Assembly: GCA_905198835.1 (NCBI GenBank)
Contig: CAJKDY010000001.1
Location: forward strand, 150,263 to 214,262
Reading direction: 5' to 3'
DNA from: an uncultured Eubacteriales bacterium
Lineage (GTDB): Bacteria; Bacillota; Clostridia; Oscillospirales; Oscillospiraceae
Length of the DNA: 64,000 nucleotides
Below, piece by piece: positions 22,501 through 30,100 of the stretch. Numbering within the stretch: position 1 is the first letter of the stretch; each line of letters starts with the position of its first letter. The position numbers and the translations under genes are program-made. The notes under the pieces were generated by a model, which ran no database searches, was not told where the DNA came from, and saw nothing but the letters and a program-made list of their open reading frames with translations.

Positions 22501-25500
22501 ACCGAGCCCTATGTGGGCAACGTCAGCAGTGAAACGGTGGCCTACACCTACGAAGCGGACACCAGCTCTTTTGAAAAGCGCGGCTTTATCATTCACTACA
22601 TCGACGTAGATACCCAGGATAAAAACGACGTGGCCGAGACCGAGCAGATCCTTATGGGCGGCGACGCGCTCTATCCCGCCGTCCACAATGACAAGCACCT
22701 CTTTGTCTCCGGCAAGCGGGGCGAAAACGACCCGCTGGTCTACTCCTCCGTCACCGACGACGCCCTGGTCATCGCCCGGACGCCGCTGACACTGACGGCC
22801 CGGAACATTCACCGCTTCTACGGCGAGAGCAACAGCGACGGCTATGTGATACCCCTGAACCAGGAGAGCGAGGACGACGCCGTCAGCGGCGCGCTTACCT
22901 TTACCTACGTCTTCCCGGCCTCTCAGCTGGCCCGGTGGGATCGGGAAATGCTGTCTCAGCTGCTGGGGGTGACCATCCGGGAGGTGGACACCCTGACCCA
23001 GGGCCAGCTGGAGCAGGCGCTGGCCCTGGCCGCCTCCGGCTCTGACGAGCAGAAGGAGTGGTGCGCCAATTTTGGCTATCAAAAGCCGACGATCACCACC
23101 ACGGCTACCCAGACGAGCCCCATCAACACCAGCCACGGGAACTGGGGCGAATATGTCATCACCAACACCGCCAAGCCCTTTGCCAACTATTTGGTAACGG
23201 GCGTGGGGGCGACGCTGTATGTCTACCCCCGGCCCGTCCGGGTCACGGGGATCGCCAGTAGCGAGGACGACCCGGTGTATACCATTTACAACCAGACTGC
23301 CGGTAAGATCTTCAATACCGCCTTTGACCAAGACAGGATCACCGTAGAGCGCAGTAACGGCGATCTGACCGCCACCTGGACCCAGGACCTGGCTGACGGA
23401 GTCCACCGGGGGGTGGGCCTCAAGCTCTCCGGCCCCGCTCTGGTGGGCGAGGATAAGCTGCGCTACAAGGCCGTGATCGACTATACCAACGCTGACACCA
23501 CGCTGGCTGACGGCGTCACCGAGGCCTATATGGAGGTGGTGGCCACCATCACCGAGTTTGCCGCCAGCGAGGGTGAGGCCCAGCGCAACTATACCCTGAG
23601 CGTCTCCCGTAACGGCGCCTACACCAACGACCACGCCACCGGCGCGATCAAGCTGCGTACCATTGGCTATATCATCATCCGCCAGCTGCCGGAGGACGAG
23701 TACGATTATGGCGAGACCCTGAGCCTGGACGGGCTGCGGGTGACGGTCAACTATATGCTGCTCAGCGACGAGGGCCTGGCCGAGTATGACCCGGTGAATG
23801 TGGACTACATCGACGCCAACCAATTCCAAAGCTACGGTCTGTTCGTCAACTACTGGGACCCCGACTATGACGTGGTCCCGGCCGAGGGACGCTGGAAGAC
23901 CATTCCCAACGCCTACCGCAAGGCGGGCAACGGCGACCACCTGACCATCGCCCCCACCCACGATACCCAGCAGTTCCTGGGCAACGACAGATCCCGGCCC
24001 CTGGAGCGGCCCTTTGCCGCCAACGGCATGGGTCTGATCATCTCCGCCTTCCAAGAGGGCGAGAACCAGACCGCCGCCCAGCCCAAGGTCCTGGCCGCCC
24101 AGTCCACGCCCATTGAAGGGACCGGCCTGAATAGCTTCGAGGTCACAGACGCCAACCAGACTCCCTTTACCTTTACCGTCCACCCCCGCCGGCTGCAATA
24201 CACCCTGTCGGCTACCGACAAGACCTACAACGGCGATGAAAAGACGGCGGGCACCCTTCGGCTGACCAACGTCTTTGACCAAAGGGACGTTCAGGTCAGG
24301 ATCACCGCCGCCAGCACAGCGGCCGTTCATATGCCGGTGTATGAGGACGTCACCGACGTGGTCTACGTCCCCGTGGGCGCTGCCTACGAGACTCTGGGCG
24401 ACAACTATACGCGCTACGCCGGCAGCGCCTACCGGGTGACCGGAGGCGGCATCTCCTTTACCACCGGCGCCTATACCGATGGTCGCGGCAGCCTTTTGGA
24501 TCCAAACCCCACCGTAGAGTGGTCCGGCGGCTACCAGTGGGGCAAGGGTCTGTTGGAATTTACCTTCCCCAACGCCAACGTCCACTATGTGGACGATACC
24601 TTCCTTTCCGGCAACCTGCCCGGCGTGGGCACCGAGGAGCTGGCCCGGTACTGGCGTGCCAGCCAGGACCTCAACGACGTGGATACCCGTTGGGACAGCT
24701 TCCCCGATGTCTCCCAGATGCCGGTAGAGGTCCGCAACATGACCTTTATGGGCCCCGACGCGGCCAACTATACCTGGGGCCCCAGTACCGAGGCCCAGAC
24801 CTATGAGACCCAGGTCACCCTGGATACCGATCCCGCCACCCTGGGTGTGGACCAGGCCAACCTGCCCTATGCCACCGTCCAGAAGGCCAACCGCCAGAGC
24901 ATCCAGGACCTGCTTAGCGCCAAGGGCTTTGTACTGCCCACGTTGCAGGTGGACGAGCGCACCAACGTCATCCGCGTGACCTATGGCGAGGAGCTCAGTA
25001 AGATCGACGACCGCACCGGCGCCGCCGTGTCGGAGGGTGTTCTCAACGCGGAGGGCAAAGACGATTTCCGAGACGAGCTGCACTTTGAGTACGCCCTGGC
25101 CTATGAGGCGGACGGCCTGCTGCGCCAGTGGGCGGGCAGGGAAGGGGAGGCCGGATACCAGGATACCCTCTTCTTTGGCGGCGAGGCGGTGGCGCCGGAG
25201 ATCGACCCGGCCTATATTCCCGCGCTGGAACGGCTGGATAAGATCGAAAACGCCAGCGAGCGCACCATCTATAAGGGCCAGCCCTACCGCTGGGCGGAAG
25301 AGGACACGGGCCTGTCCGACCGGGGCTACCGGGTGGATCAGGGCTTCTGCATCGACCCCTCCGCCTACCCCGGATACGCCACCTACGGCGCGCAGGTGCG
25401 GGACGCCTATTGGTGCTACGCCCTCTACGCCACGGACCGGACCGCCCTGCCTCGGGATACGGTCTTCTATCCGCTGGTCCGGCTGGCCGAGACCCACAAC

Positions 25501-27072
25501 TATAACCCCTCCGGAGACCTCACCGCCGACGGCGACGGCGACGGTCAGCCCGACGCATCTGCCTGGGAGCTTTACCAAGCTCGCCAGGCTGTAGCCGCGT
25601 ATCGGCAAAATGGGGACGAGACCCAGGACCAGAGCCTGCTGGCTGAGGCCCAGGAGAAGTCCGGCGCCGTCTTGAGCGCCTGCCAGGGCATGAAGGAGCT
25701 GGCCCAAAAGCAGGCGGCGGACCGGGTGGCGGAGGACGCCGCCAGGGTAGAGGAGGGCTTCTCCGACGACAAGCCCCAGCAGCCCGGCCCCATCGCCGCG
25801 GTAAAGAGCTATCAGCAGCGCTTTGATCTGCTTTCGGCCAGCTGGGAGCGCCAGGAGGACCAGACGTATCTGGTAAAGCTCCTGGAGGACGTTCGCTTTA
25901 CCGACACACTGGTCTATACCGATCAAAAGCTGATGGACAGCGTAGTCTATAACGATCCTACCCGCTATTACGGCTACTTCTGGGACCCGGATCTGTCCGC
26001 CTCTATTCGGTTTAACGATCCGGAAAATCCCATTGATTTTGACACCGTTATGGAAGCGGAGATCCGCCAGCGGCAGAGCAATGGCGAAACGGTGGCGACC
26101 ATATTCACCTACGACCCTGCCGCGACCAACCACACCGCTGAGCTCTATATCCAAAACAGCAGCGGCGGTGGGCGCACCGTGCGCTCCATTCGCATCGTCC
26201 CCTCCATTCTCTTTGTCCGTGTGGGCGACGCGCCGGTGCAGCTGAGCGTGGTCACAGATCCGAAAAGGCCCATCAACCGTCGCTACACCTGGACCTCCTC
26301 CGACCCCAGTGTGGTCTCTGTGGACGAAAAGGGCCTTGTCACCATCCGGGGCGAGGGAACGGCGGTCATCACCGTGACCACCACCAACCGCCGTACGGAC
26401 TCCATCACGGTGGTGGTCTCGCCGCTGTTGCCCATTACCCCGGGAAACGACCCCATTTTCAACTTCAATTACACCGGGGCCTGGGCCGAGTTGGACGAGG
26501 ACTACGCCTTCCGGCCCCATGAGACCATGACCCGGGGCCAGGTGGTCCAGTTGCTGGACCTGTTTTTGAACCCTGAGCATGACCTCTCCGGCGGCAAGGA
26601 GATCGCGTATGTGGACGTGACGGGCCGGGAGAAATACTACGGCGCGCTGTGCCGGCTCACAAAGGTAGGCGCTGTGGTGGGCGTTCCCGGCACCGCCTTT
26701 GCCGGCGAGCGGCTGGCCACCCGGGCGGAGTTTGTCACCATCCTGGCCCGGATGCTGGAGTTGAACGTCTCTGACACCGTGGGTATGGCCCACGCCTTTG
26801 CCGACTCCGGCGAGGACGCCACCTGGGCCTACGCCTATATCGATGCCATGGCCAAGGCCGGTATTATCCGGGGCACCGGCGGCGACTGCTTTGCTCCCAA
26901 CCGACCCATTACCCGGGAGGAGGCCGCGGCCATCATGGCCCGGCTGGTGGTGAGCCGAATGGACGCCGCCGACCAGACCAAGCTCCGCACTCCCAGCGAC
27001 ATGACTCCGGAAAACTGGTCCTATCCCTCCGTGCTGCGGGCTGTGAACTCCGTGGTGGCCCCCGGCTTCTAA
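16552..27072 (+). CDS. Giant S-layer-homology (SLH) anchored surface protein 3 (3506 aa). It has a signal peptide, a cohesin-like module, He_PIG-type putative Ig domain, YG-containing MBG-like repeats, a Big_2 domain and three C-terminal SLH repeats.
   Basis: RBS AAGGAGG precedes the ATG at 16552. The signal peptide is MDNKWTKRLVSLTVALEMLCSPLATARA. The He_PIG motif is SLPAGLNYQNQASGEGIITGTPTEAGEFHFTIT. Big_2 is VGDAPVQLSVVTDPKRPINRRYTWTSSDPSVVSVDEKGLVTIRGEGTAVITVTT. The SLH repeats are FNYTGAW...RGQVVQLL, YVDVTGREKYYGAL...ATRAEFVTILARML and FADSGEDATWAYAYIDAM...ITREEAAAIMARLV. Confidence 0.9.
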   Translation: MDNKWTKRLVSLTVALEMLCSPLATARAEEVVTERPEIPAVVSEERRETPVVSSGGTAADSSADLLALPVDENSLGVDLSFGIPLTTGVGGRPYPTRYDGYFTYESASNRDWGYRIFANGREKYFVKSGDNFYTALTDPGRLPDLELDGFYVLGEPTASTWLLDEDARASMVRGWTYDEDWGASAVRLQETNDDVTFTGEDDVDYAESNYLSLGYLTGEEMDRLFGDNIARSDGTMGFVPIVARWQSSSNSDLTSLSATTYTQDTGAANTVERFFVEDPTGLASPADVELSAIDADYFSNHGKEFWLRVPEDQESLTLQFAAYEPYYDYNVTHNGAGESPVSVSVLFNGASVTVDGEDIQVQRGWSWDASGEPTDAVVPQPTETGGWLTPRNTTGNPARSHWSVTNIPLAKVNQAEDMNDASTTVTITVLAPDGQSSSRYTIHVERLMTPTYELGLGNTPLAMIEKDQHGNWGNNPSDIRANKDAAKADFKAYYRLGNSGIVGPGDYTYYKSQFDPSAWRGLSWEGSAAGYNIDLDETAVVAYQDTAFADPGVSFVGSNGKTVEFGANAPAEYQDCVTRTIELRRADVLTADCYGASGEACWYTSEGGKGVLKGVQTAQILQNADGSDGVDLRGMRILPGVYTMTYTFTDPLDPTAPVVAKRPLVVLPIPGDVDMDGAVTVADALTLGTHQDGWESSSAQDVQLLRYRVLLGDDTQGKILNGFQPVLADLGRSDYFYPPMPTPSDASGTYQRKTWDQVTMDGSAQLELRFLGVEQGILMGEDSHTYPATDGVLDADHGKIGPWLADENAQVTVREKDAITGKDQYGVAGQNDVFWVGVYLTAGELAGSTVEDLALTLTYDSDFVEPMVVYKANQFPDASQRDYWYRALYYYNFGEGSKLDQSHTMTLFSGYNRTDYDYESGSAPSRAYATHYSKVIGELEQLQSTATLREMVVSVQGSDAVGSRRATLPSGEICVLAVPFRLLKHPTGGRLNDGQARLVELGAGMRDFTLVTKAASGASRGVSASSVFATLLSAADGRAMEAGDVTYAFSAQDAIYGGATQNLRERVCYQKNAGMIPIGENKTSAIELRSAKYAEDYGRTIINGGGTMTAGSLPAGLNYQNQASGEGIITGTPTEAGEFHFTITHNGVESYYTLVVEKRTLRFKPNGCGAYYGQEQYRGTSNPQFTFTYEVDDLAQRDRPAGVELKGNGAELASILGEDGSYTPPTFTAKLSRDTADAENAVKANTPVGAYPIILDDGTAVDDKYELVLEEASSIGSVLNIDRRPVWIDHITATVDQTGAQIYSDGSRLDCRITLTETDPDQPMIHLALREESVLGGIYGGRPLSGDARVPGDTLTLTFSGEFQRNDDDIAHYPDNNDMFYMRAEAEDRAISPVAVDARKFNEENRNYSLQSVSGAVVLHSDDNEVQGKVLRREITELEFSDYPYALSGEGSVTYGENISLSDLRIRVFRDDQQLGSNPYDFTYDYDGSMAQTLDIHYNWVTKEEMEAGLKSPNTVLGSGWDPTLPKDQQDSNPYRETNSSLSVGLDGYYLCAAARKYAVDDPNAPQGDDAYIKVYSDHPIRVLPREVTLTVTDMNRFYGEEGAQPRYTYSVNQLASVDLQKLHERYDTLTGAASELEWVLGEDYTKPAIQFMRVPRLPASSMDADLVTVDTDATNTYYYQVISGAKSSNYIFRYNRVDGDRRPSANFGTAYLSIMKRPIVVADIGSMYTTDPDGHAVPTTLADGKDTFAVVYADSKRLLLSDQVDNGARTAFTASADPASANRVTFIAPDYDEATQTVSYYNGGASDNVARQTGMAYTGDPVRADDLANLRVTYKVQFLPDAGHYSWNSFSDNYYSVEDLTAAGGQAQRPVELRELELTSEDGTANNYMLVYKDSFQAVRRAPANSELVNAPNPTGTADIGDAAFQQYGTGLVILRPIKTMDIKSVGCMQYTYGEFFAPNNPGVSGSQLTLSVNYDTRYDNYTEPYVGNVSSETVAYTYEADTSSFEKRGFIIHYIDVDTQDKNDVAETEQILMGGDALYPAVHNDKHLFVSGKRGENDPLVYSSVTDDALVIARTPLTLTARNIHRFYGESNSDGYVIPLNQESEDDAVSGALTFTYVFPASQLARWDREMLSQLLGVTIREVDTLTQGQLEQALALAASGSDEQKEWCANFGYQKPTITTTATQTSPINTSHGNWGEYVITNTAKPFANYLVTGVGATLYVYPRPVRVTGIASSEDDPVYTIYNQTAGKIFNTAFDQDRITVERSNGDLTATWTQDLADGVHRGVGLKLSGPALVGEDKLRYKAVIDYTNADTTLADGVTEAYMEVVATITEFAASEGEAQRNYTLSVSRNGAYTNDHATGAIKLRTIGYIIIRQLPEDEYDYGETLSLDGLRVTVNYMLLSDEGLAEYDPVNVDYIDANQFQSYGLFVNYWDPDYDVVPAEGRWKTIPNAYRKAGNGDHLTIAPTHDTQQFLGNDRSRPLERPFAANGMGLIISAFQEGENQTAAQPKVLAAQSTPIEGTGLNSFEVTDANQTPFTFTVHPRRLQYTLSATDKTYNGDEKTAGTLRLTNVFDQRDVQVRITAASTAAVHMPVYEDVTDVVYVPVGAAYETLGDNYTRYAGSAYRVTGGGISFTTGAYTDGRGSLLDPNPTVEWSGGYQWGKGLLEFTFPNANVHYVDDTFLSGNLPGVGTEELARYWRASQDLNDVDTRWDSFPDVSQMPVEVRNMTFMGPDAANYTWGPSTEAQTYETQVTLDTDPATLGVDQANLPYATVQKANRQSIQDLLSAKGFVLPTLQVDERTNVIRVTYGEELSKIDDRTGAAVSEGVLNAEGKDDFRDELHFEYALAYEADGLLRQWAGREGEAGYQDTLFFGGEAVAPEIDPAYIPALERLDKIENASERTIYKGQPYRWAEEDTGLSDRGYRVDQGFCIDPSAYPGYATYGAQVRDAYWCYALYATDRTALPRDTVFYPLVRLAETHNYNPSGDLTADGDGDGQPDASAWELYQARQAVAAYRQNGDETQDQSLLAEAQEKSGAVLSACQGMKELAQKQAADRVAEDAARVEEGFSDDKPQQPGPIAAVKSYQQRFDLLSASWERQEDQTYLVKLLEDVRFTDTLVYTDQKLMDSVVYNDPTRYYGYFWDPDLSASIRFNDPENPIDFDTVMEAEIRQRQSNGETVATIFTYDPAATNHTAELYIQNSSGGGRTVRSIRIVPSILFVRVGDAPVQLSVVTDPKRPINRRYTWTSSDPSVVSVDEKGLVTIRGEGTAVITVTTTNRRTDSITVVVSPLLPITPGNDPIFNFNYTGAWAELDEDYAFRPHETMTRGQVVQLLDLFLNPEHDLSGGKEIAYVDVTGREKYYGALCRLTKVGAVVGVPGTAFAGERLATRAEFVTILARMLELNVSDTVGMAHAFADSGEDATWAYAYIDAMAKAGIIRGTGGDCFAPNRPITREEAAAIMARLVVSRMDAADQTKLRTPSDMTPENWSYPSVLRAVNSVVAPGF
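18562..18615 (+). other. Single dockerin/EF-hand-like Ca-binding loop in giant protein 3.
   Basis: GDVDMDGAVTVADALTLG fits DxDxDGxxxxxD followed by a hydrophobic helix. Confidence 0.4.
18900..19430 (+). other. Cohesin-like module of giant protein 3 (approximate bounds).
   Basis: DVFWVGVYLTAGELAGSTVEDLALTLTYDSDFVEPMVVY shares the VFWVG[VI]...YD..EP signature with giant protein 4 and resembles the cohesin core strands. Confidence 0.45.
19861..20020 (+). other. He_PIG / putative Ig (dystroglycan-type cadherin-like) domain motif in giant protein 3.
   Basis: The pattern LPAGLNY...GxIxGTPTxxGxFxFTIT is characteristic of the 'putative Ig' domain family. Confidence 0.55.
26221..26420 (+). other. 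Big_2 (bacterial Ig-like group 2) domain of giant protein 3.
   Basis: VQLSVVTDP...YTWTSSDPSVVSVDEKGLVTIRGEGTAVITVTT is a classic Big_2 signature. Confidence 0.7.
26455..26960 (+). other. Three tandem SLH (S-layer homology) repeats forming the cell-wall anchor at the C-terminus of giant protein 3.
   Basis: Three ~55-aa repeats are present, with the conserved SLH pattern (aromatic-x-D..hydrophobic...TRAE/TREE..hydrophobic helix). Confidence 0.85.
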
Positions 27073-27139
27073 GACCTCGGCATCCATCGACAAAACGACC
27101 TGTACGTTCCCCGTCGGGACAAAAAAGGAAGTGTCTGCC

Positions 27140-30100
27140 ATGAAACAAAAATGGAATCGACTGTTGGCGTCGCTGCTGTGCGCGCTGATGCTCTGCTCTG
27201 ACCTGTCAGGGCTGATGCCGCGCGCCGCGGCAGCCCCGGCGGCGAGTACGCCGACTACGGTGACTAACACTGGCGTGCAGGATGAATTCCGCGATGAGGC
27301 AAACGGCAGGCCCAACCTTTTTGTCAGCTTCCTGGGGGACAACAATAACTATGTCTACAGCGCCACCAACGCCGCCTTGACCCGGCTCAACGACGCCAGC
27401 CTGAACACCATCTCCGTCCCCGCGCCCTACGATCAGTCGGGCTACGACAACCCCACCGGACCGGGCAATGACAGCTCAGGCGCCTGGTTCCAGTACAAAA
27501 ACTATCCCGACTGCGCCCCGGCCAACCTGAACAAGACCGTGTTCTGGGTGGGCATTGGCGTGGACCGCACCCAACTGCTGGAGTTGGTGAAGGACGGCAA
27601 GGGCCTTTCTAGCCTGGAGGCCGGCTTCTACTACGACAATACTATCATCGAGCCCTACATCGACCCCACTAAGTTGCCGGTTGGGGTCACCATGGCCACC
27701 GCCACCGACGAGCAAAAGCAGGAGGCCTATCGCCAGACCATTGCCCAGGCCAATATCGCCAACGGCAAATACCCAGCCAACACCCAGTGGTCCTCGGATT
27801 ATACCATCCTCCGCGCCCTGTCCGGCGTGGAGCCGCCGGAAACCGACCCGGTGACCCGGGAGGAGCTGGAACAGGCCACTATGGATGATATCATGAACAA
27901 CACCCTCTATACCTCCGCCGGCCAGAGCCAGTGGAAGATGACCTACGTCTCTTTGGAGCTGTCGGACATTGCCAGTGAGACGGCGAACCGTCGCCTGGCC
28001 GGGGCCTATCAGGGCGTGGACAAGCTGCCCCAGGGCGTGGACGATGAGGGCAACCCGGTGCCTATCGTTCCCGATTCCGCCCAGGGCGACCAGTATATCG
28101 TAGACGGAGACCCTACCTCCGGCTACGACTATAACTATCTGCTCCTGATCCCCTTCCGGCTGAAGAACTACGGCTCCACTGACTGGACGCCCCTGCGTCT
28201 GGTCCGGGACGCCACGCACTTCTCCATCGGCGGCAGCACCTGGGGCGTGGATGACTATGGCGCCTGGGAGCGTACCACCACAAGAAACGGCGCCGTCACC
28301 GGCTCCGCCGGGGACGCCAATACCCTGAGCGTAGAGTCGCACCCGGACCGGGACCTGAAACTGCTGACCCGCTTTGCCGGAGACCTGAACCTCTTCTCCC
28401 CGGGCAGAACGGCGGAATATGAATACGACGCGCTGTTGCGCATCATCGGAGACGGCGGCAGTTTGAACCACGCCAAGCTCACCGTAAAGGGCGACCCGGC
28501 GGTGTGGCCGGTGTGGGCCGACACCAACGGCGATATCATCGGCGGGCTCCAAAGCGGCCAGGGAATGCACCTGGACGTTCACACCCAGGATAACTATGTC
28601 GCCACCGTCACTGTCACCTATTACCAGGATGACGGCGCGGGCGGAGAGGAATTGGTCTACCACCAATATACGCAGACGTTGAGCGGAGCCCATGACAACT
28701 CCTATGAGTTTGTCATGCCCGCTTTTACGCGTGTAGGCACCCGGCGTGTCACCGTCACCGTGGCCTTTACCTACCAAGCGGGCGACAACGCCCTGGTCTA
28801 CCTGACCGAGATCCCCCAGCCCGGCGACGCCGACCACGCCGTGGGCAACGAGACTACCATCCGTACCAGCCTCACCGCCGCCTACGCCCCCACCGGCAAT
28901 ACCGAGACCATCAACAGCTATAGTCCCACCTCCGCCCACCCCAACTACTCCCATCCCGGCCTGACCCACCCCAACACCCCAGTGGCCAACGCCAAGAAGG
29001 ACCAGTATGTGGAGATCCAGGTGGAGACCCATGCCGACTATGCCGCCGTGGTGCAGATCTACGACTTTAAGGCCCAGTGCTTTGTCACCGGCGGGCTGAA
29101 TATCAACGCCACCGGCGTCTCCGGCGTGACCCCCGATCAGACGGAGATCGACAACCCGGCCCATCTGGCCGATCCCACCGACCCCTCCATCCCGGCCAAG
29201 ATCAAAAGCGGCAGGATCACCCTGCCCCAGGGCGGCACCATCGGCCTTCGTATGGGCAGCCAGGACCTGGACGTGATCATCACCTATGAAAAGGGCCAGC
29301 GGCGTCAGGCCACCCTGGAGGTCTATAACACCAACGCCGACGCGGTGAACTTCAATCTGAACACCGCCCAGCTGGTCTATGACCGCTATGACGCGCTGAA
29401 CCAGCCCAGCAAGGCGTACAGCAGCGTGACCTACCATGACTACGACAAGGACGCGCTTGGCACGGTGACTACCGACGACCACCGGGCCATCAAGGGCACA
29501 AACAAGCTGCCCTGGATCTCGGCAAGCCAAGCAAGCCTCTCAGGCAGCCTGGGCGGCGACACTGGCCGCACCGGTAAGAGCTGGGAGCCCACGGCCCTGC
29601 CCACCGCCCAGCAGGAGGTCCTGGGCGGCATGACCGTCATGGCGCTGCTGGCCAGCGCCACCCAGAAATCGGACTTCCAGGCCACCATCAACGGTATGGA
29701 CCTGGCCTGCGCCGTGGTGGACGATGGCTCCGCCTCCGGGCTGACCGGGCTTCGTAAGAACGCCCAAGGTGAGCTATATGGCGACCCCGACGTCTCCGCC
29801 GCTTTGGATGCGGATATCGATAAGCCCACCATCGTGGACGCGCTTTGGGAGCTTCGCCAGGCCATCGACGCCGACACGTCTACCGGCGGCTTGAAGGACA
29901 CCTATCTCAAGACCGTCACCAAGGCTGCCGACGGCTCTGTGGCCTACACCTATTACGACCTGACCCCCGCTCAGGTCCAGGCCTATTTGCTGGAGATCTT
30001 TGAGGCGGCGCAGATCAAGGCGGAAAACGACCTGGCCTACCGCATCGCCTATCGGCGGTATCTGACCATTCTGAACGACTATAACGCTGTGAAGGATATC

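Noticed and set aside
18790-27345. 2851-aa minus-strand ORF antisense to giant gene 3 (similar long antisense ORFs lie at 27476-29530, 29774-31654, 31733-33586, 33647-35515, 35570-39406, 39755-40831 and 41015-42763 under gene 4)
   Set aside because: The same antisense artefact occurs in GC-rich repetitive genes. The translations are Gly/Val/Ala-rich with no motifs and have no translational signals.
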